This document shows, in pieces, positions 9,455-19,258 of a stretch of 20,000 bases of DNA. A model generated the notes under the pieces. It was not told where the DNA came from, searched no databases, and saw nothing but the letters and a program-made list of their open reading frames with translations. The position numbers and the translations under genes were made by a program. Within the stretch, counting starts at the first letter, position 1, and each line of letters begins with the position of its first letter. The DNA lies in NCBI RefSeq assembly GCF_004010195.1, contig NC_057718.1, positions 78,053,135 through 78,073,134 of the forward strand. The letters run 5' to 3'. Source of the stretch: Chiloscyllium plagiosum (Eukaryota).

Positions 9455-9500
9455 AATAAAAAGGTTCAATAAAACTTTGGCATTTTTTAATGGTTAGTGT
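9455..9500 (+). terminator. Candidate intronic polyadenylation signal
   Basis: Two AATAAA hexamers (9455-9460, 9468-9473), an upstream TGTA (9401) and a downstream U/GU-rich stretch (cattttttaatggttagtgt). Confidence 0.35.
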
Positions 9501-9571
9501 AGCTGCTTTTCAATTCAGCTGATCAGCTTTTTAAAAATTGAGGGAATGAATCATAACCTAGCTGTGAGCTT

Positions 9572-10651
9572 GTAAGGCAGTAAGACACAGGAGCAGAAAT
9601 TAAGCCATTAGGTCCATCAAGTCTGCTCCAACATTCCATCGTGGCTGATAAGCTTACAGTCCCATTCTCCTGCTTTCTCCCCTTAATAATCAAGAGGCTA
9701 TCTATCTCTGTTTGAAATATATTCAATGACCCTGGCCCTCTGGCTGAATAAGTTTCTCCTCATCTCCATTCTAAAGGGTTTTCCCTTTACTCTAAAAGGC
9801 TGTGCCCTCTGGTCTTAGACTCTCCTGCTAATGGAAACATTTTCGCAATGTCCACTCTGTCCAGACCATTCAGTATTAATTAGATCCCCCTCTCATCTTA
9901 CTAAACTCCATCGAGTGTAGACCCAGAGTCCCTCAAATGTTTCTCATATTCAACCTTTCATTCCTGGGATTATTCTTGTCAACCTGCTCTGAACACACTC
10001 GAGGGCCAGTGAATCCTTCCTGAGGTGTAGGACCCAAAATTGCTCACAATATTGTAAATATGGTCTGACCAGAGCCTTTTAAAGCCTCAGAAGTACATTC
10101 CTGCTTTTATATTCTAGTTCTTTTTGAAATAAATGCCATCATGTATTTGCCTTCCTAACTACCGACTCAACCTGCAAGTTTACCTTTAAGACAATCCTGA
10201 ACTAGGACTGCTAAATCCCTTTACAATTTAGATCTCTAAATTTTCTCCCATTTAGAAAACAGTCTATGCCTCTAATCTTACTACCAAAGTACATGGTCTC
10301 TCACTTTACCACATTGTATATCATCTGCCACTTCTTTGCCCACTCTCCTAACTTGTCTAAACCTTCTGCAGCCTCCCTACTACCTTTCCCTCCACCTACC
10401 TTTTGCATTATCTGCAAACTTAGCCAAGTGCCCTCAGTTCCTTCATCTAGATAATTAATGTATAAAGTGAAAAGCTGTAGTCCCAACATTACCCTTGTGC
10501 AACACCACTAATCATCGGCTGCTGTTCTGAGACAGACCCTTTTATCCCCACTCTCTGCTTTCTGCCAGACAGCCAATCTTCTATCTATGCCTGTACCTTG
10601 CCTCTAACACCATGGGCTCTTATCTTACTCAGCAACCTCCTGTGTGGCACC
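9572..10651 (-). mobile_element. CR1 LINE 3' fragment, antisense, different subfamily
   Basis: Minus-strand frames give MLGLQLFTLYINYLDEGTEG, (K)FADN, LDKLGEWAKKWQMIYNVVKC-like RT sequence and a CR1 tail (tggagcagacttgatggacctaatggc). Internal deletions are present. Confidence 0.9.
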
Positions 10652-11068
10652 AGTTGTTCAGGTGTTATTACTGGTCCCAAAGCTGAAAGCAAAAGGGGAG
10701 CAATTTTGCAGCCAACAAATAACTGCAGAATCTAGCGATGATTAACCATTTCAATGACATTTGAGTACGAATTTAATGAGTGAAATTCCAAGTTAGGTAA
10801 ATGGTTGTTTATTGAGTTGCCAAATTTTTTTTTAAAAACTGAGTTGATAATTTAAAGTACTTTAAATTAGAAAAGTAATATAAGGAAAATTAGTGCAATT
10901 TCATTTTGTCATTAAGAAACAGAATGTACTTCATATTCTCTTTTCACTCCTGTTGTTGATATTGTTGAGTTTTGGATCAGGTATTCTAACTGCTGAATTC
11001 AAACTGTTGGGCGGTCTCTTCATGTCCTGGGTTTGTATTTTTCACCACATTGTTCTTTTTCTGTTAAG

Positions 11069-11155
11069 GCTGAGCCTAATCGTAAAGAACCAGAGATAAT
11101 TACTGTGACACTGAAAAAGCAAAATGGAATGGGCCTAAGCATTGTAGCTGCTAAG
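11069..11155 (+). CDS. AFDN: Afadin coding exon D (start of PDZ domain), 87 nt, phase 0/0
   Basis: Acceptor ttctttttctgttaag|GCT, donor AAG|gtaaga. Translates AEPNRKEPEIITVTLKKQNGMGLSIVAAK, including the afadin PDZ carboxylate-binding loop GMGL. Confidence 0.97.
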
Positions 11156-11224
11156 GTAAGATAATGTTTGCATTTAAGTCCTGTGGGTAATGCTATGACC
11201 AAAGTAAAAGAGGAACCTTCAGAA

Positions 11225-11500
11225 TTTGTGGACAGAATTAAAAGTAGTTCTGATCATTTAAGGTGGAGATGACATTTTTTTTTCTCTGATCGTCATGTCT
11301 TTGGAATGTTCAGAGAGTGGATCCAAAGCCATTGAATATTTTGAATGCAAAGCTAGAAAAATACTTGGCTAACAAAAATATTAAAGGTTATTAAAAAATA
11401 GATCAGATTCTGGAAATGAGGCCACAATTAAATCCACCGTGATATTATTAAATGATGAAGCAGGATTGAGGGGCACAATTGTCTGTTACCCCTAATTCAT
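11225..11500 (+). mobile_element. Old CR1 3' fragment
   Basis: Sequence catttaaggtggagatga...tttttctctga...tctttggaat...cattgaatattttgaatgca...ttaaatgatgaagcaggattgagggg follows the CR1 C-terminus and 3' UTR layout. Confidence 0.6.
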
Positions 11501-11829
11501 ACATTATTTCAACTGTCAGAGTAAATAGCGAAATGTAGGATGGTATATGCCAAAGCAGAGGTGGAAATGTATTGGCCTATTCATATCTTCCAAAATACAA
11601 CTTCCCTGTCATTCTTATCTGTCACTATTTTTAAGTTGCATGAGAAGTAAAGTTAAATGACACTCTTTATCGGAATTGAGCACTGCTGTTTTTGATGTAC
11701 CAACTTTTAACTACTTAGAATAGATGTTTTAACTTTAAAAAGTTCTGTATGTGTGCTGTTAGTGGTCAGTCGCTCAGTATTGTTGCTAAGATTTGTGTTC
11801 CATAAAAGAAATTCACAAAGTCATGAAAG

Positions 11830-12715
11830 ATTAAGAAAAATCAATGTGAAACGTGTGTAATTGTCCATTCTGGGAAGAAAAAAAAGAAAGCCAATAAATT
11901 GTATGAAGTTGCATCGTTTTAGGATAGAGACATCCAGGTTTTTTAGAGATGAATCGCTGAAGATTTGTGTGCTGTACTTGCAGGTGCAGCAAGGAATCAC
12001 AAAAACTAAAAATGTGTTTTCATTGCAATTGGAAATGAATGCAAGAGTAAGGAGATTATACTTCAGTTATACAGAGCATTGATGAAACTGCATCTAGAGT
12101 ACAGGTGAACTAACCATAGACCTACTGGACCATAGGACTACTGTCTCATCAAAGAGAGATGACTAGTGGTGGTTTAACCTGAGGGTCAACAGGCCTCAGG
12201 TGATGGGAGAGTTTGAAAAGAAGTATCCTGCATGATAACTTCAGCCAGTGTGAGAATTGAGCTCATGCTGTTAGAATCACTCTAAGCTAAAGAACCAGCA
12301 TCTATATACAGTCCTAGTCTTCTGGAAGGATGTTGATATAGTAGAAGCAGCCTGGAGAAGGTTTAGAGGATAGGTCTGTATCCTCTGGAGTTTAGAAGAG
12401 TCACCGATGACTTAAAACATAAAAGGGGGAATTAATCGGGTGCATAGAGAAAGGATGTTTCCTCCAGTGAAGGAATCTAGAACTAGGCGTCATAGTTTAA
12501 AAATGAGGATTGCCCGTTTAAAACCAGTGAAGAAACTATTTTTCTGAGGGTTTAGAGTACTTAGATTTCCCTTCCTCAAAAGACAGTGGTTGCAGAATTG
12601 TTAAGAGTTTTCAGGATGTAGAGTAAAAGTTAAATTCAGATCGATCATGATTTTATTGAATGTTGGCACGGGCTCAAAGGGTCATGGCATGTTTTGGTTC
12701 TTTGTTCATACAGAG
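11830..12715 (+). mobile_element. Old degenerate CR1 3' fragment, interrupted by a SINE
   Basis: Recognisable CR1 segments tcaatgtgaaacgtgtgtaattgtccattctgggaag, ctgcatctagagtac, ctctggagtttagaaga, gaatctagaactaggcgtcatagtttaaaa and a tail near 12650-12710. Confidence 0.7.
12115..12302 (-). mobile_element. Second SINE-like repeat nested in CR1
   Basis: The minus strand has a decayed tRNA-like head (agcatgagctcaattctcacactggctg) and an internal hairpin cctgagg...cctcagg (~12178-12200). The host CR1 resumes after it. Confidence 0.5.
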
Positions 12716-12807
12716 TATTACTTGTGACCTCTAGCTTTTTAAATAAACATCCATGGGAAAAGCTCTGGGTGACAATTTATGTTGGTTAGAGAAACTGAAA
12801 ATCATTA

Positions 12808-13097
12808 TTTATGGGATGCAGGTGCTGTTGGCTAGGACGGCATTTATTGCCCATTTTTAATTGAGCAAGAGCAAATCAGAGTCCACCACATAGCTGTTGG
12901 TCTAGAGTCACATGTAGGCCAGGTGGCAGGTTTTCTTTCCTAAATAGCATTAGTGAACCAGCTGGGTTTTTCCAACAATTGATAATGGCCATCGTTAGAC
13001 TCTTAATTCCAGATTTGTGATTAATTCCAATTCTGTCGCTTGCCATGGTGAAATTTGAGCCCCGGTCTCCAGAGTATTACCTGGGTCTCTGGATTAA
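12808..13097 (-). mobile_element. tRNA-derived SINE with a gggcaataaatgc-type (L2-like) tail
   Basis: The minus strand reads taatccagagacccagg...ggggctcaaatttcaccatggc (decayed B-box)...ctggttcactaatg...atgggcaataaatgccgtcctagcca...catcccat, recalled as a common shark SINE. Confidence 0.6.
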
Positions 13098-14414
13098 TTG
13101 CTGTTTTATCTTCCTTTATAAGCTGGTTGATTCTAGCTCATTGCCCAGATGCTTGCAGGAACTAGTTGAGTATCTTGTGCAGCTCTGTTTTTCCTCCATG
13201 TGAGCTTGAAATTTAATTACCAGCAAATGGAAAATCCAAGCAAGTTACACAGCTGCCTAATACTTTACAGACTCTCATCTAGGAGTTGACATTTTGTTTT
13301 GGGTTTTATAAGTGCAGCCTATGCTCCACTTTATGAGCAACCAAAGAAACTTGCTGTTTGAATGATTAGCCAATCGCTCATACATGCAGCCTGTGTACCT
13401 GGCACTGTACTGGCTGAGTAAGTAAAATGCAGTGTTGCTTAGTTGTATGGTAGGTAAAATGCTCTTTGAACAGATGACAGTATCCTTATAATATCTGTCA
13501 CCACTGCAAAGCAACAACATGAAATTGATGGGGGGGGGGGGGGGGCGGTGTGGAGGTGATGGCGGGCGAAGTCCTGTGCATGCTAATTACAACAGAATCA
13601 ATTCAAAATAATCCAAGGAGCTTGCTAGACATGTCAAGCTCTTCATTTCAGGAACTCATTTCCTGTAAAATAAAGGAATTTCTCAAACCTTGTGCTTTTT
13701 TGAATTACCAGCCAGCTCAGGTAACCAGTGCTTCTTCCCATTGGTTGAGGTGTTACCATGGAGAAAGCAAGCCGTACCCTTTTCTTTGAAAATATAATTG
13801 GTTGTGGATATTTGAAATTTGATAATGTCTTGTGTTAATCCAGATGAATGCAAGGTGAAAACTTCCTAATATCTGTCCAGCCGTGTTCAAGTTGTGTACT
13901 ACCAAACAATTATAAATATTTGAGATGCTACATTAACACGTGTGTATATATAAGAGCACCAAATTGCATAATAATCAAACTTTAGCTACACAATATCTTA
14001 ACAATGCCTTAAAAGTTTGTTGCTAGATGAATGAAAATATTTGACTGGCATCATAACCATTAAATAATCTGTTTATGCTGAGTTCTCAAAAATCTATCAT
14101 CTGGTCATCACTTATTGGTTAACCTTCAATCCATTCCTGTGCTTATTCATTAAATAAATTAAAGCACAAAATCTAATTTGCTTCTCCTCTCAACATCACC
14201 ATTGCTTAACAACTGTACTTAAATAATTGGTATGCAGCAAAGCTGCTTGAGGATCAGCTGAAAAACTTGCTGATGTCATCCTTAGAGTGTGTTTTGGTCA
14301 TCCTGACCTCGAAGTACGATGGCAGCAAACACATGGGAACATTTAAAACCTACAAGTTACATACCATCTAGATCTGTAAATATCTTGCAGTTCCTGCATT
14401 GTTACTGAATTCAA

Positions 14415-14572
14415 AATCCTGAAGCACTCTTTGATCTGAAATAATAACTCTTTCTCTTTGCGCACGTGCTTCCAGACCTGCTGAGTATGTAGAAGATGTT
14501 CCATTTTTATTTCAGATTTTTGGCAACTGATTGGCTTTTACTTTGGATTTCCAACATCTTCAGTATTTTCCA
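14415..14572 (+). repeat. Decayed Penelope-tail repeat
   Basis: ctgaag...tgatctgaaataataactctttctct...tgcttccagacctgctgagt...tttatttcagattt...ccaacatcttcagtatttt, the same layout as 7176-7298. Confidence 0.55.
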
Positions 14573-14740
14573 TTTTAAAAAATGAAATCTGTTTTAGAAT
14601 TGCCAATTCGCCTATGCAAATGAAGAAAAATGTTCTATATTTTCTGTACTTTTTTAAATGAAGTGCTTTTTGATACAATTCGATGAGCAACCTATCTCTT
14701 TTTCTAAGGTAATGGTGAATTATTATAGACTTGTGTTATG

Positions 14741-14983
14741 AGTGGCATGATTGCTTAGTAGTTAGCACTGCTGCCTCACAGCAAATATCTGCAAGGGTTT
14801 CTGTCAGGTACTCTGGTTTCCTCCCACAGTCCAAAGATGTGCAGGCGAAATGTATTAACCATGGTAAATGTGTGGTTTTGGGATAGGTTCGGGGGTTGGG
14901 TCTGGGTGAGATGCTGTTTGGAGGGTTGGTGCAGACCTAATGGGCTGAATGACCTCTTTCCATACTGTAGGGATTCTATGATT
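14741..14983 (+). mobile_element. HE1-like SINE with an internal deletion
   Basis: gttagcactgctgcctcacagc...ctctggtttcctcccacagtccaaagatgtgcagg...actgtagggattctatgatt. The B-box region is missing. Confidence 0.8.
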
Positions 14984-16374
14984 TTTTTTTTAAGAGGAAA
15001 TAGTTGTTCTTGTAAAATCCTTAATCATTTTTTAAACCTCACACCATATTCTTCTATTAAGCATACTCTGTGCAAACCAACTTCATAATGTTTACCTCTT
15101 TAACCCCTGTATTTTTCTGGGGAGTCTGCATCATACCTCTTCTAATATATTCTTCTGTGAGGCACTATACTGAATTGAATGCATTGTGGGACCTAATTGG
15201 ATCTAACTAGAGCTCTCTATAGCTATAACATAGCGGATATCTCTGCAGTTCTGTTGATAAATATTTCATTCATCTTTTTAGTGTTTTTATTATACCTGTC
15301 TGCTGGCATTGAGCAGTTAGCGAATGTGAGCCTTTTTTTTCTGTTCAGCTACAAATTCTAGAAAAATCTCAAGTTTGGGAATACTCCTATCTGGGGACTG
15401 AGGTGAATGACCTCTCACTTTCCCATAATATTCTGCATTTATTAACTTTTCTGATGTAATTTTATCTGTTTCTCTGTGACTTTCTACTTCCATCAAAGTG
15501 ATGTAACATGTCACATGTTTCTTGTATCCTGTTTTCTTCCCTGATCTACCTTTCTGCATTTGAGATTAATGCAGATTTTCTATGGATGGTTGACTGCGAT
15601 CCTCAAGTCAGATAATTGCCCTGCATCCCCCGTATTCCAGCTGAAGCTAAAGCATATGCCTGTAATAACCTAGAAATTAAACTCTACTTCCCCGCCCATA
15701 AAACTGTCACCTAACATAATGTCAGCAAATGTAGATGTACGGCTGTCTTTCTCATTCCGAATCCGCTATAGATAACAATGAAAAGTTGAGACCCCATAAT
15801 AAATCCTTGGGAGCAGCACTCATTCTAAGCTGTGGGGCCACTTGGATGTTCCCGCACACTGATCGGCATGCCAGTGTGACTCCCAGCATTGACTTCCAGT
15901 TTCATACTTGGGTGTTGGAGGTGCATAGCAGAAAATAATTAGAGGAGATGTTGATTTGGCAGCATCCCTGTTCACATCCTTCTAATTTGTCGATTGCCCT
16001 ATCTGTCTTCTACCTCCTGAAATAATTTCCTATCCAAGATTATGGGTGTCATGCTGTAGTAAAAACTTTTTCTCTTCATAGATGCTAACTCACCTGTTAT
16101 CTATTTTTAGCATTTTTGTTTGGATTGCAGATTTTCATAAGTGGCAATATTTTGATTCCCTTAGTTTCTAGTTTATCTCTCCTGCCCTTTGTAACAATTG
16201 GGGAAAATTTGTTAGTTTTCAAATTCACTAGGACAATTTGTTTTTGGAAATGGAGTTGTATTTCAACAACTTTGTCTTATTTAATAAAGCCCTGAAATGG
16301 AATTAACTGAGATCTGGAGATGTTCCATCTTTGATCCCTCGTTTCTGCATCAACTATTTTTTAAAACTTGTCTT

Positions 16375-16669
16375 GAATCTAGAATCCATACAATCTGCAC
16401 TGTCCCTCCGAAGAGCATCCCATCCAAACCAAGCCCTCCACCCTATCCTGTAACCTTGCATTTACCATGACTAATCTACCTCGCCTGCACATCTTCAGAC
16501 ACTGGGGCAATCTTTTTTTGCATAGCTAATTAACCTAACCTGCCCATCTTTGGGAGGAAACCGGAGCAATCGGGAAGCCCTTGCAGACACTGGGGAAACC
16601 TGCAAATTCCACCCAGTCACCCAAAGTCTGATCCCTGGCGGTGTGAGGCAACAGTGCTACCGTGCTGCC
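16375..16669 (-). mobile_element. HE1-like SINE, antisense
   Basis: Reverse complement of the SINE head (ggcagcacggtagcactgttgcctcacaccgccaggga), core (gctccggtttcctcccaaagatg) and tail (gattctagattc). Confidence 0.82.
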
Positions 16670-16679
16670 AAGGAATGAA

Positions 16680-16779
16680 GTTAGAGTCGAGAGTGTGCTG
16701 CTGGAAAAGCACAGCAGGTCAGGCAGCGTCGAAGGAGCAGGAGAATCGATGTTTTGTGCAAAAGCCCTTCATCAGGAAG
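16680..16779 (-). ncRNA. Penelope-associated minimal hammerhead ribozyme remnant with tail, probably inactive
   Basis: The minus strand reads ttc-CTGATGA-agggcttttgcac-AAAAC-atcgatt...gctgcctgacctgctgtgcttttccagca. The CUGAUGA core is intact, but the GAAA core has become AAAA and stem II is mismatched. Confidence 0.7.
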
Positions 16780-17087
16780 TTCATGGAAATTAGTTCATCC
16801 TGTAAATTTATTTTCAAATTGACTATTATCTCTGGTAATTCATCCAGATGTGAATATTAATCCAAATTCTTGTTTTATAAATCACCTTTTTCTGATGTCC
16901 AGTTTTATGTTGTGTGTTATTAAGGGGCCCACATTAGTCTTAACTACCAACAATATTTCCAGATGATTCCAGTAAATAATTGATGATCTGCATCTCCCTA
17001 ACCTATCTTATGACTGTAGTTTAGTGTGATTTAGCTCAAATCAATTTATTCAGCTATTTGATACTGATCTACTTTCAATGTTCTCAG

Positions 17088-17153
17088 GGTGCGGGACAGG
17101 ATAAACTAGGAATCTATGTTAAATCTGTGGTGAAAGGAGGAGCTGCAGACTTG
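17088..17153 (+). CDS. AFDN: Afadin coding exon E (PDZ domain), 66 nt, phase 0/0
   Basis: Acceptor ctttcaatgttctcag|GGT, donor TTG|gtaagt. Translates GAGQDKLGIYVKSVVKGGAADL, the direct continuation of the afadin PDZ. Confidence 0.97.
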
Positions 17154-18044
17154 GTAAGTGGATTTCATTCCTGAACTGATTAAGCAGAAATGTCCTACAT
17201 GCTTAAGCACTGGAGGACTGATCCAGGTTGGATAAGTGAGTTGTGTGCATTCTTTTCTAAAGCGAGACATAGTGCAAATAAATGTTGTCATTGTTTATCT
17301 GGGTTCAGTAAATTACCTGAAATGTTTTTGGGTAGTCTGATTTAACTATTTGATGTATACAATCATATCTGCCCAGGATACAACACTGCTTGAAAATGCG
17401 TTCTTCTGGTATTCCAGCCCACATTGCTTTGTGGGTGGGGATGGGTATAACCCATATCTAGTCAGTCATTTATTTCTCTTGTTATTTGTGACCTTGGCCA
17501 ATTAGCTGTTATATTTCCCCACACTCAAGATATTATCTGTATGTCTGAAGTTCTTGGATGTCGAGATACCGGAGTTGTCAAAAACTATTTAAATTCCAAG
17601 TCTTTCTTTAAATAACTGGCTAGAAATATTTATTGAATAGAAAGTATGGTTTCATGAAATTGAAAAATTTAAAACTTTCCCAATTGAGCATTTCTCCCCA
17701 AGTATTCATGAAAGTGGCACTTGAAATGAGAAAAGGACATATGTAGTTCAGTACAAATTTGGAGTGTTTTAAACATTTGCTGAGGTGTTAAAATATGTGT
17801 GCATTTATAGAATAAAAGTCTAAATTTATTGAAACTGAAATTGTGATTAACTATCTTCTATTTTTCTCATGATTTTAATAACTATAAATAAGTGTCATCA
17901 ATAAAATAAAAGCAAAATCTAATTATTTGTAATCAAATAAATTGTGAATGGATTCCATCGCACATGCATTCTCAAATGCAGTCAGAAATGGAGGTCGCTT
18001 TTAAGGCTCACCAGAATTTAATCTGAGAGCCGATCAAAATTAGC

Positions 18045-18165
18045 TGCTGTTCATGGTGGTATAATGGTAATGTCCCTACCTCTGAGCCAGGAGGCCTAGG
18101 TTCAAGTCATACCTGCTCCAGCAGTATGTAATAACATCTCTGAACAGGTTGATTAGATAATATTT
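18045..18165 (+). mobile_element. Short tRNA-derived repeat or SINE head, followed by a more decayed tandem copy (~18180-18285)
   Basis: A-box tggtataatgg, loop ctctgag and B-box ggttcaagtca. The second copy begins cttgtggtgcagtggttgtgt and retains acctctgagc. Confidence 0.6.
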
Positions 18166-18440
18166 AAGAACACAGGTGAGGGTTCTTGTGGTGCAGTGGT
18201 TGTGTGCTTATTTGTCAAGAGTGGGCATTTATTTGGTCTGGAAACCTCTGAGCTATTCAGGTAATGTGCATAATATGAATTGTTAACAGCTACCATTCAT
18301 ATTTGTTCTGCCATTGTTTGTATGCGGTATCCTTTGTAATAATTCCCACCTATTAACATGCTAACGAACATGACATAGGTTCATCCAAAGCATGCCTTTG
18401 TTGTTGACCTTGTTAATATTCAAAATTGTGGGGGGGGATC

Positions 18441-18452
18441 CAAGATGGCGGC
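18441..18452 (+). promoter_or_regulatory. YY1-type site at the L1 5' end
   Basis: CAAGATGGCGGC matches the YY1 consensus AAGATGGCGGC, in the position equivalent to the YY1 site of mammalian L1. Confidence 0.65.
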
Positions 18453-18603
18453 GACCCAGCAAGTCTGAGTCTATAGTGCTCTTCCCAAGACTTTGGTAAA
18501 GTGGGTCACCCACCCCCACCACACTCACCAAATCATTCATAATAGCTGTTTAATTTATTTAGTTGCTTAGTATTACATTTAAACAGTCTAATATTTAGTA
18601 AAA

Positions 18604-19258
18604 ATGACCAAAGGGAAGGGACCCCGCAGCTCTCAGCAAGCAGGAACCCCTCCCCCACCCTCTCCAGCTGAGGCGTCCACAGCCGCCCCGGGGGACTTAC
18701 CTACAGTGACAGGCCTTGTGGAGATGATCTCCAAGCAGGATACGAAGATCGACGCTTTTATCGAGGAGTCCCGAAATCGATCGGACTCATTCTCGGCCGC
18801 GCTGCAGAAGCACGACCGAGACATTAAAGCTTACAGCATTCCTCGAGCAGTGGCTGCCACAGCTTTTATATCTGGAAGCTGGATCAGGCCGGGTAAGGGT
18901 AGAATGGGCCTACCGGGTCGCAATACGCGGGCCCGGCTTGAACCAGCGCCCTCGCCCGGTCCTGTTCCGGCTGCAGAGCTATAGGGAGCGGCAGATACTC
19001 CTAGAACCTTCTAGAAATCTTGGAAGAGACCCCCAAGCTATGATCTATAAAGGATCCAAGATCATGTTATTCCAGGACTTTTCCCCAGCTCTGGTCCGAA
19101 AGAGGAAGGCATTTGACGAGGCAGAGAAGCGTTTAAGGGACTTAAATATTCAATACTCCTTACGCTACCCAGCAACGCTACGCTTTAACCATGAAGGATC
19201 CATGTATAACTTCGGATCGCCAGAAAAGGCTAAGGAATTCTTGGACTCTCTTAGATAA
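18604..19258 (+). pseudogene. L1 ORF1p, disrupted by an internal deletion and frameshift near 18825
   Basis: Frame 1 gives MTKGKG...QKHDRDI (start of coiled coil). Frame 2 from 18827 gives KLTAFLEQWLPQLL...VEWAYRV...RPRPVLFRLQSYRERQILL...IMLFQDFSPALVRKRKAF...YSLRYPATLR...FGSPEKAKEFL*, which is the L1 RRM plus CTD. Confidence 0.85.

Noticed and set aside
13530..13545. Run of 16 G
   Set aside because: A simple homopolymer; a G4 is possible but nothing supports a function.
15030..15970. Possible old CR1 or SINE remnants and small ORFs
   Set aside because: Too degenerate to assign a family or boundaries without alignment.
18052..18118. Functional tRNA gene
   Set aside because: The stems do not pair into a cloverleaf; it is better explained as a tRNA-derived repeat.
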